NCBI GenBank assembly: GCA_035998995.1
Contig: DASYHC010000112.1
Location: 18,209-82,208, forward strand
DNA from: Bosea sp. (in: a-proteobacteria)
GTDB taxonomy: Bacteria > Pseudomonadota > Alphaproteobacteria > Rhizobiales > Beijerinckiaceae
Length of the DNA: 64,000 bases
Direction: 5' to 3'
Notes under the pieces: generated by a model
What the model saw: the letters and a program-made list of their open reading frames with translations, nothing else
Told to the model about the DNA's origin: nothing
The model's database searches: none
Shown: positions 9,627 through 18,896 of the stretch, one piece after another
How the letters are laid out: every line of letters begins with the position of its first letter
How positions within the stretch are numbered: the stretch's first letter is position 1
Made by a program: the position numbers and the translations under genes

Positions 9627-10025
9627 ATGAAGAAATTCGCATTCGCATTAGCGCTAGTCGTTTTGCCCGCAACGGCGTTCGCGCAGAATTCCGGGGTGGT
9701 CGTCCGTGATCCAGCTGGCGGTTCAACGCGCGATCCGGCGCTCGGCGTCGGCACGGTTGAGGCTCCCCTGAAGCGGGATCCGGCCGGTGGGGTCATGATC
9801 GACGATTCGCCGCGCTTCCGCACCTACGTGGTCGAGCAGCGCATCCCGTCCTACACCTATGCCGAGCCGATGGCGGTAGGCACCGTCCTGCCGGGCGAGG
9901 GGGGCATCGTCTACCGCGAGGTGCCGGTTGAATACGGCGCGCAGGGTTACAGCTACACGGTCGTGAATGGTCGCACCGTTCTGGTCGAGCCGCAGACCCG
10001 GCGCATCGTTCAAATCATCAACTGA
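9627..10025 (+). CDS. DUF1236-like secreted protein
   Basis: Signal peptide MKKFAFALALVVLPATAFA. C-terminal ...VVNGRTVLVEPQTRRIVQII is typical of DUF1236 as I recall it. Confidence 0.65.
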   Translation: MKKFAFALALVVLPATAFAQNSGVVVRDPAGGSTRDPALGVGTVEAPLKRDPAGGVMIDDSPRFRTYVVEQRIPSYTYAEPMAVGTVLPGEGGIVYREVPVEYGAQGYSYTVVNGRTVLVEPQTRRIVQIIN

Positions 10026-10345
10026 TCTCACGTACTGGCACCGCCAAGAGGCGCCAGCGAATGGGCGGCACGGCCTGAGCACCGTATTGGGTGTTTGGGG
10101 CGTCCTGTCTGTACCGGGCCGTCAACAGGGCTGGCTGCCGCCCTGTCGACGCCTGATCGGCTGCGCGCCATTCCGACCCAAGTCCTTTTCCCACTCCGTC
10201 CCTGTCGCTCGTCTCGCGAATGACGTTGAACGATTAGGAAAAGAGCCGAAATGCCACGCAAATATCAACAATATCAGCAGGTTGTCTCCTTCCCCGGGAG
10301 CCGGCCTGTTTCGTTATCAAGGACGGGTCCGGAGCCGCCGCGCGC

Positions 10346-10876
10346 TCAATCGATCCGCTTCATGCCCTTGGCGAACTGCTTCCAGCGCGCGGAATAGCCC
10401 GCGGCCGTACGGGCAATGCCGGCGATAGCGGCCTCGTCGAGGGTTCGGATGGCGCGCGCCGGCGCTCCAACGATCAGCGAATTGTCGGGGAATTCCTTGC
10501 CCTCGGTCACGAGCGCATTGGCGCCGACCAGACAGTTACGGCCGATCTTCACATGGTTGAGCACGGTCGCGCCCATGCCGATCAGGCTGTTCTCGCCGAT
10601 GATGCAGCCATGCAGGATGGCGCGGTGGCCGATGGTGCAGCCGGCACCGACTCTGAGCGGCGCTCCCGGATCGGTGTGGAATACGCAGCCTTCCTGGATA
10701 TTGGTGGCCTCGCCAATCTCGATCCATTCATTGTCGCCGCGCAGCACCGACCCGAACCAGATCCCGACATCGCGGGCGAGCCTGACGCGGCCGATGACAT
10801 GGGCGTCGGGTGCGAGCCACCATTGCCCTTCCGGCGGGGTCTCAGGCGCGGTTCCGTCGAGCGAATAGAGCGGCAT
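10346..10876 (-). CDS. gamma carbonic anhydrase family / hexapeptide-repeat protein
   Basis: Left-handed beta-helix hexapeptide repeats. VLRGDNEWIEIGEATNIQEGCVFH..GHRAILHGC is YrdA/PaaY-like. Confidence 0.9.
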   Translation of the reverse strand: MPLYSLDGTAPETPPEGQWWLAPDAHVIGRVRLARDVGIWFGSVLRGDNEWIEIGEATNIQEGCVFHTDPGAPLRVGAGCTIGHRAILHGCIIGENSLIGMGATVLNHVKIGRNCLVGANALVTEGKEFPDNSLIVGAPARAIRTLDEAAIAGIARTAAGYSARWKQFAKGMKRID

Positions 10877-10928
10877 GGCGTATCCTCCTTATTTCATTGG
10901 GAGGATTGCAGGGCGGGCGCCCTGCCCG

Positions 10929-11291
10929 TCAAGCGGCTCCGAGCATCACCAGCAGATCGAGCACGACCCGGCCGCTGATCAGGCTCCAGAGCGAGGCGAT
11001 CATGCTCGCCGCCATGACGAAGAAGAAGGGTCGCCCCTCGATCCTCCGGCCGCGCACGGTGTTGCGCAGGATCAGGAAGGGCGCGCTGAACACCACCACC
11101 GGTACGCTCGCCACCGCGCCGACGCCACCGCTCTGCAGCAATTCGAAGCCGGCGCGCTTCTGCGTGAACAATTCGAAGGCGCTCGCCAGCAAGCCGGCGA
11201 AGGCGAAGCCGAGGATCAACGATTTCAAGGCCTCGACGGCGGAGGGTTCGAGCGTCACGGGCGCGGCTTCCAGCGGATGCTGGCGAACCAT
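10929..11291 (-). CDS. hypothetical membrane protein
   Basis: Three predicted TM helices. ATG at 11291 is preferred so that the TTAA-N7-TTAA box stays in the promoter. Confidence 0.5.
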   Translation of the reverse strand: MVRQHPLEAAPVTLEPSAVEALKSLILGFAFAGLLASAFELFTQKRAGFELLQSGGVGAVASVPVVVFSAPFLILRNTVRGRRIEGRPFFFVMAASMIASLWSLISGRVVLDLLVMLGAA

Positions 11292-11323
11292 GACGCAGGG
11301 ACGCCAGCCGCGAAAGCGAAGCT

Positions 11324-11339
11324 TTAACCTTTGGTTAAC
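11324..11339. promoter_or_regulatory. candidate CtrA-type box TTAA-N7-TTAAC
   Basis: TTAACCTTTGGTTAAC lies in the divergent intergenic region between 10929-11291 (-) and 11431 (+). Confidence 0.35.
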
Positions 11340-11430
11340 CACGCCGGCCCGGTCATGGTTTACGGGGTGTTAAGGTGGCTCTGCTTCAGTTTCCTGACAG
11401 GGTCGCAAGCCGGCCCCGGGGACGAATCCG

Positions 11431-12156
11431 ATGAGCCTCTACGCCGCGCCTGACCAAAGCCAACCGCTCGGCAACGCCACCGATGTCGCGGCGCTGATCC
11501 GCAACCATCTGAAGCGCCGGCCGGCGCCGGTCCTGCCACGCGGCGACCGTGCGCTGCTAAAGCTCGCGGCCGCGATCGTCATGCTCGGGCTCGGCGGCAC
11601 CGGCCTCGCTCTGTTCGCCACCCGGCCCAATCCCGATGCCGGGACCGAATTGCAGACCTCGCGCGTCGGCGATGTGGTGCTGGCGATTCCGGAAAACCTG
11701 ACCGGCGCCGATTCGGATGAAGGCCGCCTCGTCGGCATGGCGCGCCTGCGCCTGGACTGGCCGAGCCTCGGCCCGGTGACGCCCGAAACCCGCAAGCGGC
11801 TCCTGATCACGCTGAGTCCGCCGGACAAGGTCAACGAGCCGGCGACGCAGCTCTCCACCTATGCCCGTTTCCTGACGCCGACGGTCTGGTCCAATCCGGG
11901 CGGACTGGTGGTGCGCGGCTTCCGCAAGAGCACGCCCTATGAGGGCGACGAGCTCTATGTCTCGGTGCCGGACGGGCGCGGCTTTGCGGCGCGCTGCCCG
12001 GTCGAGACCGCCCAGAGCGGCCTCGACGAGCCTTGCCGCGTGACGTTTCGCCATCGCGGCGTCGATGTGAACATCCGCTTTCCGCGCGCCATCGTCGCCG
12101 ATTGGCAGGTGATGCTCGGCGGCGTGCGCCGCACCATCGACGGGCTGATGCGCTGA
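11431..12156 (+). CDS. hypothetical membrane-anchored protein
   Basis: One N-terminal TM helix (LKLAAAIVMLGLGGTGLALFA), GC3-rich frame. No motif recognised. Confidence 0.5.
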   Translation: MSLYAAPDQSQPLGNATDVAALIRNHLKRRPAPVLPRGDRALLKLAAAIVMLGLGGTGLALFATRPNPDAGTELQTSRVGDVVLAIPENLTGADSDEGRLVGMARLRLDWPSLGPVTPETRKRLLITLSPPDKVNEPATQLSTYARFLTPTVWSNPGGLVVRGFRKSTPYEGDELYVSVPDGRGFAARCPVETAQSGLDEPCRVTFRHRGVDVNIRFPRAIVADWQVMLGGVRRTIDGLMR

Positions 12157-12166
12157 GCGCCTGGCC

Positions 12167-12379
12167 TCAGTCGTCGAGATCGACGTCGAGGATCGCCATG
12201 GTGAAGTTGAACGAGCGATCGCCGTCCTCGTCGTCGACATGGATGATGCCGATGAACTCGTCGGCGAGATAGACCTCGGCGGAATCGGTCTTCTTCAGCC
12301 GCGCGCGCACGCTGATGTTGTGGTTCGCGAAGGTGCGGCGGAGATAGGCTTCGAGCTTGGCGAGTTCGGTCTTGTCCAC
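12167..12379 (-). CDS. DUF3126 family protein
   Basis: VDKTELAKLEAYLRRTFANHNISVRARLKKTDSAEVYLADEFIGIIHVDDEDGDRSFNF. GTG start with AAGGA RBS. The long track ORF extension is a frame shadow of the + strand hydrolase gene. Confidence 0.7.
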   Translation of the reverse strand: MDKTELAKLEAYLRRTFANHNISVRARLKKTDSAEVYLADEFIGIIHVDDEDGDRSFNFTMAILDVDLDD

Positions 12380-12535
12380 GATGACGATCCTTATGTGTTG
12401 CGCGGACGGATGCCACGCGTGAGCGCTAAGGGCAAGGACGAAGGCGATCCGGCCACAGCGCATGGCCGCGCCGCTTTCCCGCGCTGACGCAGCACCAGCG
12501 CCCATGCCAAGCTGCAGGCCCCGCCCTGCTCGACG

Positions 12536-13927
12536 ATGGATTCTCCGATGAAGTCCTGGCTGCCCGCCGCGCTCGACTATGTCGCAAGCTGGCTCGAATT
12601 CCAGCGCCGTTTCCATGACCAGCCCGGCTGCGCAGTCGCGATCGCCAGCGAGGGCGAGATCGTGCTGGAGGCCGCCTTCGGCAGCGCCGACCTCTCGACC
12701 GGTGAGGCACTGACGCCACGCCACGGCTTCCGGATCGCCTCGCATTCGAAGAGCTTCACCGCCGGCGGCATCCTGCGGCTCGTCGAACAAGGCCGCCTGC
12801 GTCTCGACGACAAGGCCGGCGCCTATGTCGATGGCCTGCATTCCGAGGTCGCCGCGGTGACGCTGACCCAGCTTCTCTCCAACAGCGCCGGACTTCTCCG
12901 AGACGGCGTCGATTGCGGCCAGTTCTTCGACCGCAAGCCCTATCTGCGCAAGGACGAGTTGCTCGCCGATCTCGCCCGGCCGCCGGTCTTCCCGGCTTCG
13001 CAGCGCCTGAAATACTCCAATCACGGCTTCGGCCTGCTCGGCCTCGTCATCGAGGCGGTGACCGCCGAGACCTTTCCCGACTGGATCGCCCGCGAGATCG
13101 TCGCGCCCGCCGGGCTGAAGGAAACCACGCCCGACATCACGCTGTGGACCGGGCCGATGGCGAAGGGCCATAGCGGCAAACTTCCGCTCGGCCGGAGGGT
13201 GGTCATCCCGGCCGACAATCCCGGCAATGCGATGGTTTCGGCCGCCGGCTTCGTCGCGACCGCCGCCGACATCGCTCGCTACATCGCCCAGCTCTCACCG
13301 AAGGCCGAACGCAGCGTCCTGTCGGCGCTGAGCCGCCGCGAGATGACGCGCCGGCTCTGGCCAGATGCCGAGAGCAGTCTTGGCCGCCATTACGGTCTCG
13401 GCACCATCTCCGGCGGCGGCGATGGTTGGGACTGGGCGGGCCATTCCGGCGGCTTCCAGGGCTTCATCACCCGCACCGCCACCCTGCCGGAACAGGGCCT
13501 CACCATCTCGGTGCTGACAAACGCGATCGACGGCCTCGCCCATCCCTGGCTCGACGGCGTGATCCAGATCTTCAAGACCTTCGCCGAGCACGGGGCGCCG
13601 ACGGCGGCGACCGAGCGCTGGCGCACGCGGCATTGGACGATCTGGGGTGCAGGCGATCTCGTCCCGGTCGACGGCAAGGTACTGATGGCCAATCCGGCGT
13701 TGTTCAACCCGTTCCTCGACGCGGGCGAGATCGTGCCGGACGGCGAGGACCAGGGCCGCATCGTCAAGGCCTCGGCCTTCGCCAGCCCCGGCGAGCCGGT
13801 CCGCCTCGTCCGCAATGCCGCGGGCGAGATCGAGGAAGCCTGGCTCGGCGCGGCGCAGGTGATCGGGGAAGAGGCGCTGAAGGCCGAGATGCTGGGGCGG
13901 TATGACCAGCGTCATGCTCGGGCTTGA
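12536..13927 (+). CDS. serine hydrolase (beta-lactamase/class C transpeptidase-like family)
   Basis: SxxK motif in FRIASHSKSFTA and YSNHGF (YxN). The C-terminal codons run into REP-A copy 2. Confidence 0.85.
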   Translation: MDSPMKSWLPAALDYVASWLEFQRRFHDQPGCAVAIASEGEIVLEAAFGSADLSTGEALTPRHGFRIASHSKSFTAGGILRLVEQGRLRLDDKAGAYVDGLHSEVAAVTLTQLLSNSAGLLRDGVDCGQFFDRKPYLRKDELLADLARPPVFPASQRLKYSNHGFGLLGLVIEAVTAETFPDWIAREIVAPAGLKETTPDITLWTGPMAKGHSGKLPLGRRVVIPADNPGNAMVSAAGFVATAADIARYIAQLSPKAERSVLSALSRREMTRRLWPDAESSLGRHYGLGTISGGGDGWDWAGHSGGFQGFITRTATLPEQGLTISVLTNAIDGLAHPWLDGVIQIFKTFAEHGAPTAATERWRTRHWTIWGAGDLVPVDGKVLMANPALFNPFLDAGEIVPDGEDQGRIVKASAFASPGEPVRLVRNAAGEIEEAWLGAAQVIGEEALKAEMLGRYDQRHARA

Positions 13928-14017
13928 CCCGAGCATCTCCGGCCGGATGAGGCTCTATAAGGCGCCCCCTCGTCATGAGATTCTCGGGTCTGCGCTTCGC
14001 TCCGCCCGAGAATGACG
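13911..14017. repeat. REP-A composite palindromic repeat, copy 2
   Basis: gtcatgctcgggcttgacccgagcatc ... cgtcatgagattctcgggtc..cccgagaatgacg. Confidence 0.85.
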
Positions 14018-14023
14018 CCTGCG

Positions 14024-15355
14024 TCACCTCACATAATGCAGCTTGCCAAACCTCCGCCGGAACGCCGTTACGTCGCTGGCGATCGCCTCGTCCGGACGCG
14101 CGCCCGACAGCCCGTCGGCGATATAGCCGGCGAGTTCTGGCATGTGCTCGGGCTTCATGCCGAAGCGGACGATCTCGGGCGTGCCGAGGCGCAGACCGTT
14201 GACGTCGCCGTCGACCTCCGCGATCGGCAGGCCGATGCCGCAGCTCAGGATGTTCACCGCGCGCAGCCGCTTCGCCGCCGCCTGCCCGCCGCCGTAAGCG
14301 CCCGCCTCGATCGCGAACTGGTGCGAGGTCGTCATGCCGCGGTCGCGGGCGAAGACCGGCACCTGCCGCTCCGCCAGGGCCTCGGCCAGCGACTTCGCCG
14401 TCGCCGCCATCATCGCCGCGTAATCGCGGCCGAATTCCTGCCAGTCCATCATGGTGATCGCCAGCGCCGCCGACTTGGCCGCGTCGAAATTGGCGGTGAG
14501 ACCGGGATAGGCGATGGCGTCGAGCTTTTCGGCGAGGCCGGCATCGTTGGTGACGATCAGGCCGGAAGGCGGACCGCCCAGGCTCTTATAGGTGCTCATC
14601 GTCATGACGTGAGCCCCCTCCTCCAACGGCTGCTGCCAGCCTTGGCCGGCGATCATGCCGGAGAGATGGGCGGCGTCGAACAGCACGATCGCGCCGACCT
14701 CGTCGGCGATGGCGCGGATTTCGCGGATCGGATGCGGAAACAGGTTGAGGCTGCCACCGATGCTGATGACTTTGGGCTTGAGCCTCAGCGCATCGTTGCG
14801 CAGCTTGTCGACATCGACGGTGTAGCCGGTGGCATCGATCGGGGCGGGATGGCTGACGACGCCGTAGAGCCCGGCGGCGCCGGCGCCGTGATGGGTGACA
14901 TGGCCACCGATCGCGGGCGGCGGCGCGATCACCACATCGCCGGGCTTCGCCGCGGCCATGAAGACATAGAGATTGGCGATCGCGCCGGAGGGCACACGGA
15001 TTTCCGCAAAAGAGGCGCCGAAGACCTGTGCGGCTAGTTCGGCCGCAATCACCTCGATCTGCTCGATCGCCTCGAGGCCCATCTCGTATTTGTCGCCGGG
15101 ATAGCCGAGCGAGGGCCTGCTCCCCAGCCCCTGCCCCAGCACCGCCTCGGCGCGCGGGTTCATCACATTGGTCGCTGGGTTGAGGTTGACGCAATCGCGC
15201 TCATGGATGGTGCGGTTCTCGGTGATGAGGTTGGCGAGCCGCGTTTCGCGGGCCGCACGATCCTGACCGGCGACCTCGCCGGCGATCCTCAGCACATAAT
15301 CCTCGCTCGCCGCCGGCACCCAACTCCGCCGCGCCAATTTCACCGTCATCGCCAT
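14024..15355 (-). CDS. serine hydroxymethyltransferase family protein (glyA paralog-like)
   Basis: SHMT-type PLP region HVMTMSTYKSLGGPPSG and GGHVTHHG. Divergent from a GcvA-like LysR gene. Confidence 0.8.
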   Translation of the reverse strand: MAMTVKLARRSWVPAASEDYVLRIAGEVAGQDRAARETRLANLITENRTIHERDCVNLNPATNVMNPRAEAVLGQGLGSRPSLGYPGDKYEMGLEAIEQIEVIAAELAAQVFGASFAEIRVPSGAIANLYVFMAAAKPGDVVIAPPPAIGGHVTHHGAGAAGLYGVVSHPAPIDATGYTVDVDKLRNDALRLKPKVISIGGSLNLFPHPIREIRAIADEVGAIVLFDAAHLSGMIAGQGWQQPLEEGAHVMTMSTYKSLGGPPSGLIVTNDAGLAEKLDAIAYPGLTANFDAAKSAALAITMMDWQEFGRDYAAMMAATAKSLAEALAERQVPVFARDRGMTTSHQFAIEAGAYGGGQAAAKRLRAVNILSCGIGLPIAEVDGDVNGLRLGTPEIVRFGMKPEHMPELAGYIADGLSGARPDEAIASDVTAFRRRFGKLHYVR

Positions 15356-15426
15356 CCCTCGCCGAGCCGTGTTTCGTCAGGCCATTGCAGCGATTTGCCG
15401 GCGCTTATGCAAACCAGTTATCGTCG

Positions 15427-15457
15427 CCGGTAGGGCTAGAAAATCTAGGCCTACCGG
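15427..15457. promoter_or_regulatory. 31-bp near-perfect palindrome, candidate LysR operator
   Basis: CCGGTAGGGCTAGA-AAA-TCTAGGCCTACCGG, 13/14 arm matches, 10 nt upstream of the LysR start. Confidence 0.4.
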
Positions 15458-15467
15458 ATCGCTGTTC

Positions 15468-16349
15468 ATGCCCGTCAGACCGCCCCGCCCACCTCTGCCG
15501 CCGCTCAATGCGCTGCGCGCCTTCGAAGCCGCGGCGCGGCTCGGCAGCTTCTCAAAAGCGGCCGAGGAGATCGGCGTTACACAGGGCGCCATCGCCCAGC
15601 AGGTGCGTCATCTCGAGGCCTTCCTTGGGCTGACGCTGTTCCGGCGGCTACCGCAGGGCGTCGCGCTGACCGAGGCTGCGCAGGAAGCCCGGCCGCGGCT
15701 CAGCGCCGCCTTCGATGCGCTGGCGCTCACCGTACAGGAGCTCAAGGCGAGCCATGCCGGCCGGGCGCTGACCATCGCCGCACTGCCCTGCCTCGCCCAG
15801 CTCTGGCTGTCGCCGCGCTTGCCGGCGCTGCAGCGGGCCTTTCCCGGGCTGGCGATCTCGATCAGTGCGATGGAGGAGCCGCCGACGGGCAGGCACGACA
15901 ATTTCGATCTGGCGCTGTTCTATCTCCCCAGGCCGCCGGCCGGCGCGCTCACGCTCGGCGAGGACAGCCTGTTCCCGGTCTGCGCCCCGGCGCTCGCCCG
16001 CTCCTTACGGACCCCGGCCGATCTCGCCGGCCAGATTCTGCTGCACGACGCCGTCTGGCGCGACGACTGGGCGCGCTGGCTGCGCCATGCCGGCATAGGT
16101 GGGATCGATGCCGGCCGCGGCCCGTCCTACTCGCTCTACGCGCTGGCACTCGATGCTGCGCTCGGCGGCGCCGGCATACTGATCGGCCGCCGGAGCCTGG
16201 TCGCGCCGTATCTGGCGGATGGGCGGCTGGTCCAGCCATTCGCGGAAGAGCTTCCGAGCGGGGACCGGCTCACTATGCTCACCCCGCCGGCCGGCAAGCC
16301 GCATCCTCGGCGCGCCAAGATCGTCGCCTGGCTGGAAGCCAGCGCCTGA
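15468..16349 (+). CDS. LysR family transcriptional regulator (GcvA-like)
   Basis: PPLNALRAFEAAARLGSFSKAAEEIGVTQGAIAQQVRHLE is the HTH, followed by a LysR substrate-binding domain. Confidence 0.85.
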   Translation: MPVRPPRPPLPPLNALRAFEAAARLGSFSKAAEEIGVTQGAIAQQVRHLEAFLGLTLFRRLPQGVALTEAAQEARPRLSAAFDALALTVQELKASHAGRALTIAALPCLAQLWLSPRLPALQRAFPGLAISISAMEEPPTGRHDNFDLALFYLPRPPAGALTLGEDSLFPVCAPALARSLRTPADLAGQILLHDAVWRDDWARWLRHAGIGGIDAGRGPSYSLYALALDAALGGAGILIGRRSLVAPYLADGRLVQPFAEELPSGDRLTMLTPPAGKPHPRRAKIVAWLEASA

Positions 16350-16383
16350 ACGAACAGGGCCGTTCGCGAGAGCGCTCCTCGGC

Positions 16384-17169
16384 TCAGCCGTCGCCGGCCC
16401 TCTGGGTGCGCCGCTCGATCAACCGCTCGATGCCGTCGAGCACACGCTCGAGACCGAAGGCGAACATGTGGTCCACGCCGTACGCGCCCTGATGGGCAGC
16501 GCCGGCAGCAGCTCCGACGCGGGTCGCGGTCGGGTAGCGCGCCGGATCAAAGACGCGGGCCAGCAAGGGCGCATTCGCTTCCCACCAGCCGGCGTCGCTC
16601 ATCGCATCGGCCTGAGCGCGGGCGCGCGCGTCACCGCCGATGCGCGCGCAGTTCTCGACGAAGCCCAGCAGGAAGGTCAGCGCTGCGTCGGTTTCGACCT
16701 CGTCGAGACCGAGCCCGTCGAAGCCGCGCAGTTCGTACTCGTACTTCGCCATCAGGCCTGGGCCGAGCGGCGGACGTCCGGTCGCGACGGAGGCGATCCA
16801 GGGATGGGCCGAATACAGGGCGAGATTGTCCCGCGCGATCGCGGCAAGCCGGTCACGCCAGCCATCCCCTGCCGGCTCGGCCCGGCTCATGCCGAGGAAC
16901 AGGCTGTCGAGCATCAGGTCGAGCAGCTCGGCCTTGCTCGGCACATGGGTATAGAGCGCCATCGGCGCGGCGGAGAGAGCCAGCGCAACGGCCCGCATCG
17001 TCACGGCCTCCACGCCCTTCGCGTCGGCGATACCGATCGCAGCCGCGACGATGGCGTCGACCGTCAGCCCCGGTCGCGGTCCGCGCTGGCTCTGCGGCCG
17101 CTGGCGCCAGAGCAGGGTCAGGGTGGCGGCCGCGTCGCCCGCCCCGGTGCGTTCACGCGCCATGACCAT
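16384..17169 (-). CDS. TetR/AcrR family transcriptional regulator
   Basis: LTVDAIVAAAIGIADAKGVEAVTMRAVALALSAAPMALYTHVPSKAELL is a TetR HTH. Start is 17169 or 17163; the 17220 start would overlap the operator. Confidence 0.8.
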   Translation of the reverse strand: MVMARERTGAGDAAATLTLLWRQRPQSQRGPRPGLTVDAIVAAAIGIADAKGVEAVTMRAVALALSAAPMALYTHVPSKAELLDLMLDSLFLGMSRAEPAGDGWRDRLAAIARDNLALYSAHPWIASVATGRPPLGPGLMAKYEYELRGFDGLGLDEVETDAALTFLLGFVENCARIGGDARARAQADAMSDAGWWEANAPLLARVFDPARYPTATRVGAAAGAAHQGAYGVDHMFAFGLERVLDGIERLIERRTQRAGDG

Positions 17170-17198
17170 GGCTCCCAAGCTCGCAAGGGAAAAATACT

Positions 17199-17235
17199 GT
17201 ACATCGTACGCCATCCTCATTAACGTACGTTGTAC
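17199..17235. promoter_or_regulatory. candidate TetR operator (inverted repeat)
   Basis: GTACATCGTACG-N13-CGTACGTTGTAC, 11/12 arm matches, between the TetR gene and the divergent VOC gene. Confidence 0.45.
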
Positions 17236-17280
17236 GGATAAATTCTGTCCGCTTCCTATTGAGCCTCATCAGGACTTCCC

Positions 17281-17694
17281 ATGCGAATCTCAGCCTTCAC
17301 CGTCGCACTGACCGTCGACGACGTCCCCGCGTCACGCGACTTTCTCATCAATCATTTCGGCTTTCGCGAAGCGATGTCGGCCGATGGCTTCGTCTCGCTC
17401 GGGCGCGACGGAGCCGGCCTCAACATCGTCTATCTGCGGCGCGGGATCGAGGTCTTGCCGGAATCGGTCCGCGAGCAGACGGCACAAGGCGTGATCATCG
17501 CCTTCACGGTCGCAGACGCCAATGCCGAAGCTTCGCGACTGCAGGCCGAGGGGGTTCCGATCAGCCTGCCGATGCGCGACGAGCCCTGGGGCGAGCGCCT
17601 GTTTCAGGTTGCCGACAACAACGGCATTGCCTTCGAAATCGTCGAATGGCTTGCGGGAAGCGGCCAGGAAAGCGCGCCGGCGGCGGTCGTCTGA
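17281..17694 (+). CDS. VOC (glyoxalase/bleomycin-resistance) family protein
   Basis: About 137 aa with a VOC-like fold sequence (FTVALTVDDVPASRDFLINHFGF...PWGERLFQVADNNGIAFEIVEW). Confidence 0.8.
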   Translation: MRISAFTVALTVDDVPASRDFLINHFGFREAMSADGFVSLGRDGAGLNIVYLRRGIEVLPESVREQTAQGVIIAFTVADANAEASRLQAEGVPISLPMRDEPWGERLFQVADNNGIAFEIVEWLAGSGQESAPAAVV

Positions 17695-17718
17695 ATGCAG
17701 CTCCCGGGCACGTGACCA

Positions 17719-17747
17719 GAAAAAAGGGCGGCTCGCGAGAGCCGCCC
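17719..17747 (-). terminator. rho-independent terminator of rplM-rpsI (bidirectional hairpin)
   Basis: GGGCGGCTC-gcga-GAGCCGCCC with a T6 run on the minus strand. Confidence 0.6.
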
Positions 17748-17781
17748 TTCGGATCGATACCGACCAAAGCCGATACTGAAA

Positions 17782-18261
17782 TCAGCGCTTCGAGAACTGG
17801 AAGCTGCGGCGGGCCTTGGCCTTGCCGAACTTCTTGCGCTCGACGACACGCGAGTCGCGGGTCAGGAAGCCTTCCTTCTTGAGCGGGCTGCGCAGCTCCG
17901 GCTCATAATGGGTCAGCGCCTTCGAGATGCCGTGACGGACCGCGCCGGCCTGGCCGGAGAGGCCGCCGCCCTTGACCGTGACGATCACGTCGTACTGGGT
18001 CATGCGATCGACCAGCATCAGCGGCTGCTGCAGGATCAGGCGCAGCACCGGACGGGCGAAGTAGACTTCCTGGTCACGGGTGTTGACCGTGATCTTGCCG
18101 GAGCCCGGCTTGATCCAGACGCGGGCGATGGCGTTCTTGCGCTTGCCAGTGGCATAGGCGCGGCCCTGCGCATCGACCTTCTTGACGTGGACGGGAGCCT
18201 CGGGCTGGGTGCCCTTGGCGACCTGGCCGAGCTGCTCGAGAGACTGGAGAACCTCGGCCAT
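17782..18261 (-). CDS. rpsI: 30S ribosomal protein S9
   Basis: ...[19 protein letters not shown]...[18 protein letters not shown]. Confidence 0.97.
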   Translation of the reverse strand: MAEVLQSLEQLGQVAKGTQPEAPVHVKKVDAQGRAYATGKRKNAIARVWIKPGSGKITVNTRDQEVYFARPVLRLILQQPLMLVDRMTQYDVIVTVKGGGLSGQAGAVRHGISKALTHYEPELRSPLKKEGFLTRDSRVVERKKFGKAKARRSFQFSKR

Positions 18262-18263
18262 CG

Positions 18264-18725
18264 TCAGACCCTCGCATTCTTGCGGTTGAGCGCCGCGACG
18301 TCGAGCGCCTCGGGCGACTGGGCGGCATGCGGATGCTCGGCGCCCTTGTAGACGCGCAGATTGCCGAGGATCTGGCGGAAGAGCGGGCCGCGGGGCAGCA
18401 TGCGCTCGACAGCCTTCTCGACGATGCGCTCAGGGAAGCGACCTTCGAGAATGAACTTGGCGGAGCGTTCCTTGATGCCGCCGGCATAGCCGGTGTGGTG
18501 GTAGTAGATCTTCTGGTCGCGCTTGCGACCGGTCAGCACCACCTTGTCGGCGTTGATAACGATGATGTTGTCGCCGCAGTCGACATGCGGGGTGTAAGCG
18601 GCCTTGTGCTTGCCGCGCAGACGCATCGCCACCAGGGAGGCGAGACGGCCGACGACGAGCCCGGAGGCGTCGATCACAACCCACTTCTTCTCGACATCGG
18701 CGGGCTTGAGCGAGATGGTCTTCAT
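18264..18725 (-). CDS. rplM: 50S ribosomal protein L13
   Basis: [43 protein letters not shown]. Confidence 0.97.
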   Translation of the reverse strand: MKTISLKPADVEKKWVVIDASGLVVGRLASLVAMRLRGKHKAAYTPHVDCGDNIIVINADKVVLTGRKRDQKIYYHHTGYAGGIKERSAKFILEGRFPERIVEKAVERMLPRGPLFRQILGNLRVYKGAEHPHAAQSPEALDVAALNRKNARV

Positions 18726-18896
18726 CGCGGCACCCTTCGGCTGCTTGAAAAAAGGACAAGCCGCCGGCAGGCCGGCGGCGGTGTGGGCGCTGGATAGGCG
18801 GCTACCCCCTAGATGTCAAGCGAAGATAACGCATCGCTTTGACGAAAAGCGCATTGTTTTCAGCGCAATGCAAGAAACGGTATCAGGATACCGCAA

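Noticed and set aside
18726-18896. Possible ribosomal-protein L13 leader RNA upstream of rplM.
   Set aside because: I could not identify a conserved structure by eye and do not remember an alphaproteobacterial model. Left uncalled.
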